A stretch of 64,000 nucleotides of DNA from Escherichia coli (GCF_024223415.1 NZ_CP100500.1); one strand, 5' to 3'. Positions 1-10,226 are shown, counted from the first letter of the stretch. The notes: generated by a model from the letters alone, not told the origin. Translations and numbers: made by a program.

Positions 1-1
1 G

Positions 2-379
<378 letters not shown>

Positions 380-406
380 TTTTACAAATCAGTAACAAAA
401 GTAAAG

Positions 407-446
407 AAGGCGACACCATGCGACTATGGGTCGCCTTTATTTTTTC
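407..446 (+). terminator. rho-independent terminator downstream of trxB
   Basis: 8-bp stem AAGGCGAC / GTCGCCTT (407-414 and 430-437) followed by TATTTTTT. Confidence 0.6.
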
Positions 447-501
447 CCCGTTGTAACATTGCTCTGCAAATAATTCTGATAACTCACCTGCTAAGCGTGC
501 A

Positions 502-2268
502 ATGAATAAATCTCGTCAAAAAGAGTTAACCCGCTGGTTAAAACAGCAAAGCGTCATCTCCCAACGTTGGCTGAATATTTCTCGTCTGCTGGGCTTTGTG
601 AGCGGCATATTGATCATTGCCCAGGCATGGTTCATGGCGCGAATTCTGCAACATATGATTATGGAGAATATTCCCCGTGAAGCCCTGCTGCTTCCCTTTA
701 CGTTACTGGTTCTGACCTTTGTACTGCGCGCATGGGTGGTCTGGTTACGCGAACGGGTGGGTTATCACGCCGGGCAGCATATCCGCTTTGCCATCCGCCG
801 TCAGGTTCTCGACCGTCTGCAACAAGCAGGGCCAGCGTGGATTCAGGGTAAACCTGCGGGGAGCTGGGCGACGCTGGTACTCGAGCAAATTGACGATATG
901 CATGATTACTATGCACGCTATCTGCCGCAAATGGCGCTGGCAGTGTCGGTGCCGTTGCTGATTGTGGTGGCGATCTTCCCCTCTAACTGGGCTGCGGCGC
1001 TCATTCTGCTGGGCACAGCACCGCTAATTCCGTTGTTTATGGCGCTGGTTGGAATGGGGGGTGCCGATGCTAACCGACGTAACTTTCTCGCTCTTGCTCG
1101 CTTAAGTGGGCATTTCCTCGATCGCCTGCGCGGCATGGAAACATTGCGTATTTTTGGTCGTGGTGAAGCTGAAATTGAAAGTATTCGTTCTGCTTCGGAA
1201 GATTTCCGCCAACGGACAATGGAAGTGCTACGGCTGGCGTTTTTATCCTCCGGCATTCTCGAATTTTTTACCTCGCTGTCAATTGCTCTGGTGGCGGTCT
1301 ACTTTGGTTTTTCCTATCTCGGCGAGCTGGATTTTGGTCACTACGATACTGGCGTGACGCTGGCTGCGGGTTTTCTGGCCCTGATCCTTGCGCCAGAGTT
1401 TTTCCAGCCATTACGCGATCTCGGTACGTTTTATCATGCTAAAGCCCAGGCTGTTGGCGCAGCTGACAGTCTGAAAACGTTTATGGAAACCCCGCTCGCC
1501 CATCCGCAGCGCGGTGAGGCGGAATTAGCATCGACCGATCCGGTGACCATTGAGGCCGAGGATCTGTTTATCACGTCGCCGGAAGGTAAAACGCTGGCCG
1601 GACCGCTGAACTTTACTTTGCCAGCAGGCCAACGTGCAGTGTTGGTTGGTCGCAGCGGTTCAGGTAAAAGCTCACTGCTGAACGTGCTTTCTGGTTTTCT
1701 CTCATATCAGGGATCATTACGAATCAACGGGATAGAATTACGTGATTTATCACCAGAATCATGGCGTAAACATCTCTCCTGGGTTGGGCAAAACCCACAA
1801 TTACCGGCAGCAACATTGCGGGATAACGTACTACTGGCGCGACCTGATGCCAGCGAACAAGAATTACAAGCAGCGCTGGATAACGCCTGGGTCAGCGAGT
1901 TTCTACCGCTCCTGCCACAAGGCGTTGATACACCTGTTGGCGACCAGGCTGCCCGCCTTTCCGTGGGGCAGGCGCAGCGCGTGGCGGTGGCCCGTGCGTT
2001 ACTAAATCCCTGTTCGCTATTACTGTTGGATGAACCCGCTGCCAGCCTTGATGCTCACAGTGAACAGCGCGTAATGGAGGCGCTGAATGCCGCCTCTCTG
2101 CGTCAGACAACGTTAATGGTCACCCACCAGTTAGAAGATCTTGCTGACTGGGATGTCATTTGGGTTATGCAGGATGGCCGGATTATTGAGCAAGGACGTT
2201 ACGCGGAATTAAGTGTGGCTGGTGGCCCATTCGCCACATTACTTGCCCATCGTCAGGAGGAGATTTAA
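502..2268 (+). CDS. cydD: ABC transporter ATP-binding/permease CydD (cysteine/glutathione export for cytochrome bd assembly)
   Basis: 588-aa ORF with N-terminal transmembrane domain and C-terminal ABC ATPase (Walker A GRSGSGKSS, signature LSVGQAQR, Walker B LLLLDEP); conserved position before cydC. Confidence 0.93.
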   Translation: MNKSRQKELTRWLKQQSVISQRWLNISRLLGFVSGILIIAQAWFMARILQHMIMENIPREALLLPFTLLVLTFVLRAWVVWLRERVGYHAGQHIRFAIRRQVLDRLQQAGPAWIQGKPAGSWATLVLEQIDDMHDYYARYLPQMALAVSVPLLIVVAIFPSNWAAALILLGTAPLIPLFMALVGMGGADANRRNFLALARLSGHFLDRLRGMETLRIFGRGEAEIESIRSASEDFRQRTMEVLRLAFLSSGILEFFTSLSIALVAVYFGFSYLGELDFGHYDTGVTLAAGFLALILAPEFFQPLRDLGTFYHAKAQAVGAADSLKTFMETPLAHPQRGEAELASTDPVTIEAEDLFITSPEGKTLAGPLNFTLPAGQRAVLVGRSGSGKSSLLNVLSGFLSYQGSLRINGIELRDLSPESWRKHLSWVGQNPQLPAATLRDNVLLARPDASEQELQAALDNAWVSEFLPLLPQGVDTPVGDQAARLSVGQAQRVAVARALLNPCSLLLLDEPAASLDAHSEQRVMEALNAASLRQTTLMVTHQLEDLADWDVIWVMQDGRIIEQGRYAELSVAGGPFATLLAHRQEEI

Positions 2269-3990
2269 ATGCGCGCTTTGCTACCCTATCTGGCACTGTA
2301 TAAACGTCATAAATGGATGTTAAGTCTTGGTATTGTGCTGGCAATTGTGACGCTGCTCGCCAGTATCGGTCTGTTGACACTTTCCGGCTGGTTCCTCTCG
2401 GCCTCAGCGGTTGCGGGGGTTGCCGGACTGTACAGCTTCAACTATATGCTACCCGCTGCGGGCGTGCGTGGTGCAGCAATCACCCGTACTGCCGGGCGTT
2501 ATTTTGAACGTCTGGTAAGTCACGACGCGACTTTCCGCGTGTTGCAGCATCTGCGCATTTACACCTTCAGCAAATTGTTGCCCCTCTCCCCTGCCGGACT
2601 GGCGCGCTATCGTCAGGGCGAATTGCTCAACCGCGTGGTGGCGGATGTTGATACGCTCGATCATCTTTACCTGCGCGTTATCTCGCCGCTGGTGGGCGCT
2701 TTTGTGGTGATTATGGTGGTGACAATCGGGTTAAGTTTCCTTGATTTCACCCTCGCCTTTACGCTGGGCGGCATTATGTTACTGACGCTTTTCCTGATGC
2801 CACCGCTGTTTTATCGTGCGGGAAAAAGCACCGGGCAAAATCTGACTCATCTTCGCGGACAGTATCGCCAACAACTGACGGCCTGGCTGCAAGGGCAAGC
2901 TGAGCTGACCATTTTTGGTGCCAGCGATCGTTATCGCACGCAACTAGAGAATACAGAAATTCAATGGCTGGAAGCGCAACGCCGTCAATCTGAACTGACC
3001 GCATTGTCGCAAGCGATAATGCTGCTCATTGGCGCGTTAGCGGTGATCCTGATGCTGTGGATGGCGTCTGGCGGCGTTGGCGGCAATGCTCAACCCGGCG
3101 CGTTAATTGCCCTGTTTGTCTTCTGCGCGTTAGCCGCGTTTGAAGCACTGGCACCAGTAACGGGTGCATTTCAGCATCTGGGGCAAGTCATTGCCTCTGC
3201 CGTTCGGATCACTGATTTAACGGATCAAAAACCGGAGGTCACCTTCCCTGATACCCAAACTCGTGTTGCCGATCGCGTTTCGCTGACGTTACGGGATGTT
3301 CAGTTCACTTATCCGGAGCAATCTCAACAGGCACTTAAAGGGATTTCTCTTCAGGTAAACGCCGGGGAACATATAGCGATTCTCGGGCGAACCGGATGCG
3401 GCAAATCAACACTGTTACAACTGCTGACCCGCGCATGGGACCCGCAACAGGGCGAGATTTTGCTTAACGATAGCCCCATATCCAGCCTGAATGAAGCGGC
3501 TCTACGACAGACCATCAGCGTTGTTCCTCAGCGAGTGCATCTGTTTAGCGCCACGCTGCGTGATAATCTGTTACTCGCCTCGCCTGGCAGTAGTGATGAG
3601 GCTCTGTCGGAGATCTTGCGTCGCGTTGGTCTGGAGAAGCTGCTCGAGGATGCAGGTCTCAACAGTTGGTTAGGTGAAGGCGGACGCCAGCTCTCCGGTG
3701 GTGAACTGCGCCGTCTGGCTATCGCCCGTGCGCTGTTACATGATGCGCCACTGGTGTTGCTGGATGAACCTACCGAAGGCTTAGATGCCACAACCGAAAG
3801 CCAGATCCTTGAATTGCTTGCAGAAATGATGCGTGAGAAAACGGTGTTAATGGTCACCCATCGACTTCGCGGACTCTCTCGTTTCCAACAAATAATAGTG
3901 ATGGACAACGGGCAAATTATTGAGCAAGGTACTCACGCAGAACTGCTTGCCAGACAGGGGCGTTATTACCAGTTCAAGCAGGGTTTGTAA
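2269..3990 (+). CDS. cydC: ABC transporter ATP-binding/permease CydC
   Basis: 573-aa ORF, start abuts cydD stop (TAAATG); Walker A GRTGCGKST, signature LSGGELRR, Walker B LVLLDEP. Confidence 0.93.
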   Translation: MRALLPYLALYKRHKWMLSLGIVLAIVTLLASIGLLTLSGWFLSASAVAGVAGLYSFNYMLPAAGVRGAAITRTAGRYFERLVSHDATFRVLQHLRIYTFSKLLPLSPAGLARYRQGELLNRVVADVDTLDHLYLRVISPLVGAFVVIMVVTIGLSFLDFTLAFTLGGIMLLTLFLMPPLFYRAGKSTGQNLTHLRGQYRQQLTAWLQGQAELTIFGASDRYRTQLENTEIQWLEAQRRQSELTALSQAIMLLIGALAVILMLWMASGGVGGNAQPGALIALFVFCALAAFEALAPVTGAFQHLGQVIASAVRITDLTDQKPEVTFPDTQTRVADRVSLTLRDVQFTYPEQSQQALKGISLQVNAGEHIAILGRTGCGKSTLLQLLTRAWDPQQGEILLNDSPISSLNEAALRQTISVVPQRVHLFSATLRDNLLLASPGSSDEALSEILRRVGLEKLLEDAGLNSWLGEGGRQLSGGELRRLAIARALLHDAPLVLLDEPTEGLDATTESQILELLAEMMREKTVLMVTHRLRGLSRFQQIIVMDNGQIIEQGTHAELLARQGRYYQFKQGL

Positions 3991-4031
3991 GCTATTATTG
4001 AACGATCCGACTTGCGTGGAGTTTTGCGGTC

Positions 4032-4736
4032 ATGCGCCTGGTTCAGCTTTCTCGCCATTCAATAGCCTTCCCTTCCCCGGAAGGCGCATTACGTGAGCCT
4101 AACGGCCTGCTGGCACTTGGGGGCGATCTTAGCCCTGCGCGCCTGTTAATGGCTTACCAGCGTGGTATTTTTCCGTGGTTTTCTCCAGGCGACCCCATCC
4201 TCTGGTGGTCGCCAGATCCCCGCGCGGTGCTATGGCCAGAATCACTGCATATCAGCCGTAGTATGAAGCGATTTCATAAACGCTCGCCCTATCGTGTCAC
4301 GATGAATTACGCTTTTGGTCAGGTCATTGAAGGCTGTGCCAGCGATCGCGAAGAAGGAACCTGGATCACGCGTGGCGTGGTCGAAGCCTACCATCGCCTT
4401 CACGAACTCGGTCATGCCCACTCCATTGAAGTCTGGCGTGAAGATGAGCTTGTCGGCGGTATGTACGGCGTGGCCCAGGGAACGCTATTTTGTGGCGAGT
4501 CCATGTTCAGCCGGATGGAAAATGCGTCTAAAACGGCGCTTCTGGTATTCTGTGAGGAATTTATCGGTCATGGCGGTAAGCTTATCGACTGCCAGGTCCT
4601 TAACGATCACACAGCATCGCTTGGTGCCTGCGAAATTCCCCGCCGGGATTACCTTAATTATCTCAATCAAATGCGCCTCGGACGATTGCCGAATAATTTC
4701 TGGGTACCACGATGCTTGTTTTCACCACAAGAATGA
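4032..4736 (+). CDS. aat: leucyl/phenylalanyl-tRNA--protein transferase
   Basis: 234-aa ORF in the conserved cydC-aat-infA context; sequence recognisable as Aat. Confidence 0.9.
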
Positions 4737-5017
4737 ATGTTTTCGGCACATTTCTCCCCAGAGTGTTATAATTGCGGTCGCAGAGTTGGTTACGCTCATT
4801 ACCCCGCTGCCGATAAGGAATTTTTCGCGTCAGGTAACGCCCATCGTTTATCTCACCGCTCCCTTATACGTTGCGCTTTTGGTGCGGCTTAGCCGTGTGT
4901 TTTCGGAGTAATGTGCCGAACCTGTTTGTTGCGATTTAGCGCGCAAATCTTTACTTATTTACAGAACTTCGGCATTATCTTGCCGGTTCAAATTACGGTA
5001 GTGATACCCCAGAGGAT

Positions 5018-5239
<222 letters not shown>

Positions 5240-5281
5240 TTGTTTTACCGCCTGATGGGCGAAGAGAAAGAACGAGTAAAA

Positions 5282-5303
5282 GGTCGGTTTAACCGGCCTT
5301 TTT
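5282..5303 (+). terminator. rho-independent terminator downstream of infA
   Basis: GGTCGG / CCGGCC stem with TTTAA loop followed by TTTTT. Confidence 0.6.
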
Positions 5304-5492
5304 ATTTTGTGATATGTAGGAAGTACTTTGGAAGTATAAGTCCATAACTTGTCTCGATGTAGATATACTGCACAACTTGTTTACAGTATGAGCAAACAAT
5401 AATTATCATTAAAATTCTTCTTGACCGTTTTACTCCAACTCCCTATAGTAGCGCCCCGTTGCCCCCCATGAGGTCAGGCAACAAAACAATTT

Positions 5493-5580
5493 GGTGAGGT
5501 GTCCGAGTGGCTGAAGGAGCACGCCTGGAAAGTGTGTATACGGCAACGTATCGGGGGTTCGAATCCCCCCCTCACCGCCA
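5493..5580 (+). tRNA. serW: tRNA-Ser (anticodon GGA), long variable arm
   Basis: GGTGAGG...CCTCACC acceptor stem, anticodon loop CCTGGAAAG, GGTTCGAATCC T-arm, encoded CCA end; 88 nt; lies after infA as in the conserved core order. Confidence 0.95.
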
Positions 5581-5588
5581 GATATTGA

Positions 5589-5620
5589 GCGCATGTTATT
5601 GTTTAACATGCGCTTTTTTT
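5589..5620 (+). terminator. rho-independent terminator downstream of tRNA-Ser
   Basis: Perfect 10-bp stem GCGCATGTTA / TAACATGCGC with TTGTT loop followed by seven T. Confidence 0.8.
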
Positions 5621-5731
5621 ATTTTTCCTTCCAGGCAGTATGCCACAGGGTATGCCATCTGAAACCGGTTTGTATGAGCCTCGATCACATCTTATCAGAC
5701 AATTTCCGATCTTTGAGCATACAGGGCAAAG

Positions 5732-6574
5732 CTATACTGCCAGCATGTCAGGATAGTGTCTGACGATAATATCATTCAGTCTGTCAACCAGTTCCGGTTT
5801 CCTGAACGTGATATGCGCGGAGCCTTTCCTGAAGTATCTGATGCTGAACATCTCATCCTCATAGCATGCTTCACCCTGAACGGACCGGATGTGCTCATCC
5901 AGACGAATGAGGATATTGTCCCGGTCAGTGGGTATGGGTTTACCGCTGAACAGATACAGTATCCTTTCCAGGTCGGCAAGCCGCCCGGCCTGCGGACCAT
6001 GGTTCAGACCAAATACCCACCAGTCCCATTTCACCAGGTTGTTGAGGATAATCTTACTGCCGAATTTACAGGGTGACCCGCTGTTGTGCGTCCGGCTCAG
6101 TCCTCTGAAGAGGTTGATGACGCCCCGTTCAGCCATTTCATCCCTGTTACGGTGCAGTTGTTCAGACGTACTCAGGATATTCGCTTCGCTGATTTCCGGA
6201 AAATTATCCTCCTCCAGTGAACGGTACCATTCATCACGCGCCTGTGCATCCATCAGACTCAGCATCCCGGAGCGTTGCATCAGGTCACGCCAGATTTCAC
6301 GGTCAAGGTTCCGGGTGATGGCTTTCATTGCGGTTTCCGGTTTTTCCATCAGCCAGCAGCCACAGCGAAAATCCTGTTTCACGGCCCAGTCCCGGGCCGT
6401 TTTACCTCCGATGCTTTCTGTCATTACTGAGATTTCTGCCAGTTGCCGGATAAGCCTTTCGGTTTGTTGCAGTGCTTCATTCCGTACCGTCACAACGTGC
6501 CGGATACTGGTTGAGCAGATAACGTCCGTATGTCCGTTAAGCGTTTCCGGACGGGAGACTGTGATATCAGACAT
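5732..6574 (-). CDS. hypothetical protein, island-borne (possibly a DUF4942-type protein that often follows cbtA/yeeW modules)
   Basis: 280-aa ORF, first gene after the serW terminator, same strand as the downstream end of the toxin-antitoxin module; family assignment is from memory only. Confidence 0.55.
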   Translation of the reverse strand: MSDITVSRPETLNGHTDVICSTSIRHVVTVRNEALQQTERLIRQLAEISVMTESIGGKTARDWAVKQDFRCGCWLMEKPETAMKAITRNLDREIWRDLMQRSGMLSLMDAQARDEWYRSLEEDNFPEISEANILSTSEQLHRNRDEMAERGVINLFRGLSRTHNSGSPCKFGSKIILNNLVKWDWWVFGLNHGPQAGRLADLERILYLFSGKPIPTDRDNILIRLDEHIRSVQGEACYEDEMFSIRYFRKGSAHITFRKPELVDRLNDIIVRHYPDMLAV

Positions 6575-6887
6575 AACCGATATTCCTTTTTGCAGATAAA
6601 TGAAAACGCCAGCCGTATTCGGACTGGCGTCAGTGGAATGAATCGTGGTGAGTGAGATGATGAGTGAGACTCACAGGTTCTGGTGCTGAAGCTGCAGCTG
6701 GCGCAGGGTGCGGATATCCTCCCTGGCCTGTTCGATACAGGGCAACAGTGCTGCCGAATCCGTTTTATCCTCATCGTTGTCGAAGATAATGCAGGAGCCG
6801 CAGTCGATATTGTCCTGCAGCCACGCAATCAGAATATCCGGTGCTGTTTCTGTGGTTAATGATTTCATACGGTGTCTTTTGTCCCGG

Positions 6888-7376
6888 TTACCAGTCGAAA
6901 GTGGGAAAACCCGGCAGACATTCAGCGCCGGCATCCAGATGAATGAGACTGACGCCATAACGCCGGATGAGAGTGACAACCAGACGACGAAACGTTTTTG
7001 ACAGACCCAGGCGTTTAAGCCGCAGAGCCGGGTACGACCACGCATCAGTACGTAACAGATATCCGCTGCCTGTAAAATGAATCCATTCTGATTCGCCGTT
7101 GTCATTCGTCTGATGCGACAGCGAGTACAGCCAGGCATTGTCCTGCTCCGTGATATGTGCGGTACTGCAGCGTATGCCGGTAAGGGCCGCAAATGGTGGC
7201 ATGCAGTCTGCTGAGGTCCGGTCAGATTCATCAGCAACACGAAGGGAACAGCCATTATCGCAGACCACGTTAATCAGTTCAGCGAGATTAACACCATCGA
7301 CGTCAGCGACAATGCGCCCCATGTTCAGTGCCTGTACGTTAACGCTGTCGGCTTCCAGTGTCAGGGACAGTTTCAT
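6888..7376 (-). CDS. YeeW-like protein (DUF5983-type) downstream of cbtA
   Basis: 162-aa ORF whose start overlaps the cbtA stop by 4 nt (ATGA coupling); position matches yeeW in CP4-44-type modules. Confidence 0.6.
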   Translation of the reverse strand: MKLSLTLEADSVNVQALNMGRIVADVDGVNLAELINVVCDNGCSLRVADESDRTSADCMPPFAALTGIRCSTAHITEQDNAWLYSLSHQTNDNGESEWIHFTGSGYLLRTDAWSYPALRLKRLGLSKTFRRLVVTLIRRYGVSLIHLDAGAECLPGFPTFDW

Positions 7377-7750
7377 GGTTTCACCTCACAGTGTTTACCC
7401 AGGGTGATGTTGTTCACCATTCTGTAGTGGCTGCGGGTCATCAGGCCGGTCGCCCGGCGGGCCCGGAGAATATCAATGCTGCTGATTAACTGCGATGAAG
7501 CTCCTGCGCTGAATCCCGGCTGGTCGGTACGCACCAGCGCGTATTTTTCCACAAGAAAGTTCACCGCATCACACAGTGAAATACCCGCCTCAATATGCTG
7601 CTCAATCACACGTTCATCGGCGAACGGTGTGTCATTCAGCGTGAGGCCGTAGTGCTGGTCCAGCAGCCGGGTGAGCAGTGTCTGCCAGATTTCAACCGGA
7701 GACGGGCAGCGCGATGTTGCCCGTACGTGTGTGTCGGGGAATGTTTTCAT
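7373..7750 (-). CDS. cbtA: type IV toxin-antitoxin system toxin CbtA (YeeV/YkfI/YpjF family)
   Basis: Internal Met of the 7373..7876 ORF gives [80 protein letters not shown]..., closely matching CbtA. Confidence 0.85.
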   Translation of the reverse strand: MKTFPDTHVRATSRCPSPVEIWQTLLTRLLDQHYGLTLNDTPFADERVIEQHIEAGISLCDAVNFLVEKYALVRTDQPGFSAGASSQLISSIDILRARRATGLMTRSHYRMVNNITLGKHCEVKP

Positions 7751-7808
7751 CTTAAGTACTCTGTAACAGGTGATGATAAAGAAGTGCTGTCCGGGGTTAT
7801 GCGGTGGT

Positions 7809-8174
7809 TCAGGGTGTTGCCGGTGTCGGATAAATGGCGATATACACGTAACCACAACTGCCGAGGGTGTCGGCATCGCAGGTCAGCCCTTTCGCATACA
7901 GTGTCACGGTATGCTGATGGCGGGGACTGAGTTCACCGCTGGTGAGCATGAGTTCCAGCTGTTTCATCAGCAGCGGAAAGGCCTGGTCCAGGTGGTACGC
8001 ATCTGCGTCGCTGAACCGGCCTCTGATACCGGCGCGGTCTGCAAGGTAATGCAGGCGGTTACCCTCCTGCACCAGACGGGCACCAAAACAGGGTGTCACG
8101 GTGCAGGGCAGTCCCCACTAGGGGCGGTCGCTGTTGTCGTCAGGATGCGTTGTCCCGGTGAGTGTGTCTGACAT
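7809..8174 (-). pseudogene. cbeA: cbeA (yeeU-family antitoxin) interrupted by an in-frame amber stop at codon 19
   Basis: Minus-strand translation from ATG at 8174 reads MSDTLTGTTHPDDNSDRP-TAG-WGLPCTVTPCFGARLVQEGNRLHYLADRAGIRG...; the stop is the reverse complement of 8118-8120; the rest of the frame is intact (track ORF 7809..8099 from a GTG). Confidence 0.8.
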
Positions 8175-8224
8175 GATAAAGTCCTCACTGATAATCGGTT
8201 AAGAATGGTTTTAACAATGACGGG

Positions 8225-8869
8225 TCAGCCGGTGCGCAGACCGGCTTCGGTGAAGGTGTATCCGTTGATGAGAAGGGCCTCATCCACGGCGTCGTCTGAG
8301 GTCAGCCAGTCGTACTCGTTTTCCAGTTGACTGTATAACCAGAAGGCAAGGTCCCGCAGGGCGTCACAGACAACGGTTTCCGCGCTGGCTGTCATTGCCT
8401 GTCCGGTCGGACTGTCCCGGGTGACGGTGATATCCATGCTGTACGGATGGCAGTAGTGTCCCCGGTGGCGGATTTCAGCCTGAAGCTGCCGGAAGTTACG
8501 CTTCTGCACCGCCTGCAGGGCATCCGCGATACGATGAAGCTCACGGTCCTGCGGGGCATATTCCCTGATTTTCCGGGGTGCCGCTGGCTGCCAGCGCCAG
8601 CGTCCTTCAAAACAGGCTCCGTCCCCCTGGCTGCAGAATCCGCTGAACCAGATGCACGGCTCTTCCATAAACCTGCCGTTGCTGAGCCGGATAACACGCT
8701 GGCGGAGGGCAATCCCGACAATCTCACAGACCGTCCTGAAGTCCTCATACACGTTTTCATACCAGTTGCTGTCAGCATGATGCTGACGGTACCATTCACG
8801 GGCCTTCTCCCGTGCTGTGGCGGAAAGTTCATCCGGCGTATACACGGTGGTGATGATAATTCTGCTCAT
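8225..8869 (-). CDS. hypothetical protein inserted between the DUF987 gene and cbeA
   Basis: 214 aa from MSRIIITTVYTPDELS; GGAG Shine-Dalgarno 8 nt upstream; tightly packed between the yeeT-like stop (8886) and the cbeA start (8174); no family recognised. Confidence 0.6.
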   Translation of the reverse strand: MSRIIITTVYTPDELSATAREKAREWYRQHHADSNWYENVYEDFRTVCEIVGIALRQRVIRLSNGRFMEEPCIWFSGFCSQGDGACFEGRWRWQPAAPRKIREYAPQDRELHRIADALQAVQKRNFRQLQAEIRHRGHYCHPYSMDITVTRDSPTGQAMTASAETVVCDALRDLAFWLYSQLENEYDWLTSDDAVDEALLINGYTFTEAGLRTG

Positions 8870-8885
8870 CCGCATCTCCACTGAC

Positions 8886-9107
8886 TCAGTTCAGGGTGAC
8901 GCTCATCAGCCGGACATACGGGCCAAAACTGTCCTTCCGGCGTTCGGCAAACACGGCAAGCACACCGGGGATATCCTGCACTTCACGACCGGTATACGCT
9001 TCAGCACTGCCGTGCCAGCGGTATTTACCGGTACAGAACGGAAAAAGACGGGATGACGGATACTGACGGTGAACGCGCATGGCTTCACCACGGGTGATGA
9101 TTTTCAT
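8886..9107 (-). CDS. DUF987 family protein (YeeT/YpjJ-like)
   Basis: 73-aa ORF MKIITRGEAMRVHRQYPSSRLFPFCTGKYRWHGSAEAYTGREVQDIPGVLAVFAERRKDSFGPYVRLMSVTLN. Confidence 0.85.
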   Translation of the reverse strand: MKIITRGEAMRVHRQYPSSRLFPFCTGKYRWHGSAEAYTGREVQDIPGVLAVFAERRKDSFGPYVRLMSVTLN

Positions 9108-9196
9108 GAGAACAGTCCTCCTGAATGTGAAAGTGAGAAACAGCTGAGAAAGAGAAACTGAAGTGACAATATGAAGGTGGCTGTGACGGTGACGGA

Positions 9197-9673
9197 TTAA
9201 AGCAGACCGTGTTCCGCAAAGGAGAACACCCGGCTGCCACCGACTATCAGATGGTCCGGTACCCGGATATCCACCAGGGCCAGTGCCTGTACCAGACGTT
9301 CAGTGATAAGGCGGTCTGCCTTACCGGGTGTGACCTCACCGGACGGATGATTGTGCGCCAGCACCACGGCAGCGGCATTGTGGTACAGGGCGCGTTTAAC
9401 CACCTCCCGGGGATGCACTTCCGTGCGGTTGATGGTACCGGTGAAGAGGGTTTCACCGGCAATCAGCTGATTCTGGTTGTTCAGGTACAGCACCCGGAAC
9501 TCTTCCCGCTCCAGTCCCGCCATGTGCAGAATCAGCCATTCCCGTGCCGCATGCGTGGAGGTGAAGGCCACGCCGGGTTCATGAAGATGGCGGTCCAGGG
9601 TTTTCAGGGCCCGCTGAATGAGGCTGCGCTCGCCGGGCGTCATCGCGCCGGGCAGAAAGGAAATCTGTTGCAT
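9197..9673 (-). CDS. RadC-like JAB-domain protein (YeeS/YfjY family)
   Basis: MQQISFLPGAMTPGERSLIQRALKTLDRHLHEPGVAFTS...HNHPSGEVTPGKADRLITERL; JAMM-type HNHPSG motif. Confidence 0.85.
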   Translation of the reverse strand: MQQISFLPGAMTPGERSLIQRALKTLDRHLHEPGVAFTSTHAAREWLILHMAGLEREEFRVLYLNNQNQLIAGETLFTGTINRTEVHPREVVKRALYHNAAAVVLAHNHPSGEVTPGKADRLITERLVQALALVDIRVPDHLIVGGSRVFSFAEHGLL

Positions 9674-9684
9674 AACCTCACCCC

Positions 9685-10158
9685 TCAGTCGATGATGCGC
9701 ATAATGGCGCTGCATTCCGGATGCTGCAGGGCGTAATCCCGCAGCCGGTAATAATGGACCGTCATGGCATAATGCTCCGTACGGCAGGCGTGATGACTGT
9801 AGGCCATCAGGCAGGCGGCAATGCCGGCGGCTTCAGGGCTCATTTCCGCGCGGTTGCCGTTCATGGTGTTAAACAGTGCCCATGTTTCGTCATCATCGTC
9901 ACCCGGTTCGGGAGCCATAAATGCGCCGCCGTTGTTCAGGGTGTACATATTCCAGATACCCCCACTGTAGTCTTCACACAGACGGTCCATCCAGCCGAAG
10001 ATTCGGGGCTCAAGGGTCACCCACTGCGGAATGAGGCCAAAGTGCTGCGGCCAGAAGCTGATGCGCTGTTCGTCAGGCACTGGGCTGGCAACCAGCTGAG
10101 GTGGATTATTCCCGGATGCAGTGGTTGCGGAAACAGAGTCATGCGAAACCGTTTTCAT
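9685..10158 (-). CDS. antirestriction protein (KlcA/ArdB-like, YfjX family)
   Basis: 157-aa ORF with conserved PDEQRISFWPQHFGLIPQWVTLEPRIFGWMDRLCEDYSGGIWNMYTLNNGGAFMAPEP. Confidence 0.85.
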   Translation of the reverse strand: MKTVSHDSVSATTASGNNPPQLVASPVPDEQRISFWPQHFGLIPQWVTLEPRIFGWMDRLCEDYSGGIWNMYTLNNGGAFMAPEPGDDDDETWALFNTMNGNRAEMSPEAAGIAACLMAYSHHACRTEHYAMTVHYYRLRDYALQHPECSAIMRIID

Positions 10159-10160
10159 AA

Positions 10161-10226
10161 GTGAAATCCTTAAGTGAATAAGTGAACAAGTGAATTAAGG
10201 AAATAAGTGAATGAATAAGTGAATAA
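10161..10226. repeat. short tandem GTGAAYAA (TTCAC on the coding strand) repeat tract in the 5' leader of the antirestriction gene
   Basis: Six or seven copies of GTGAA(T/C)AA within 66 bp directly upstream of the start codon at 10158. Confidence 0.6.

Noticed and set aside
5621-5731. Looked for a tyrosine integrase or attachment-site repeat next to serW
   Set aside because: No integrase-like ORF within 13 kb of the tRNA; an apparent match to the tRNA 3' end near 59600 (CCCCCCTTCACCATCA) is too weak and lies at a gene terminus
5889-6599. 236-aa plus-strand ORF opposite the first island gene
   Set aside because: Ser/Arg-rich low-complexity translation; the minus-strand 280-aa frame is the more protein-like
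6671-6868. Possible 65-aa ORF (MKSLTTETAPDILIAWLQ...) just downstream of the YeeW-like gene
   Set aside because: Weak ribosome-binding site, no recognised homologue; insufficient evidence to call a gene
10161-10226. Considered a CRISPR array (also for the 33-bp repeats at 41261..41360)
   Set aside because: Units are too short or too degenerate, there are no unique spacers of regular length, and no cas genes are present in the window
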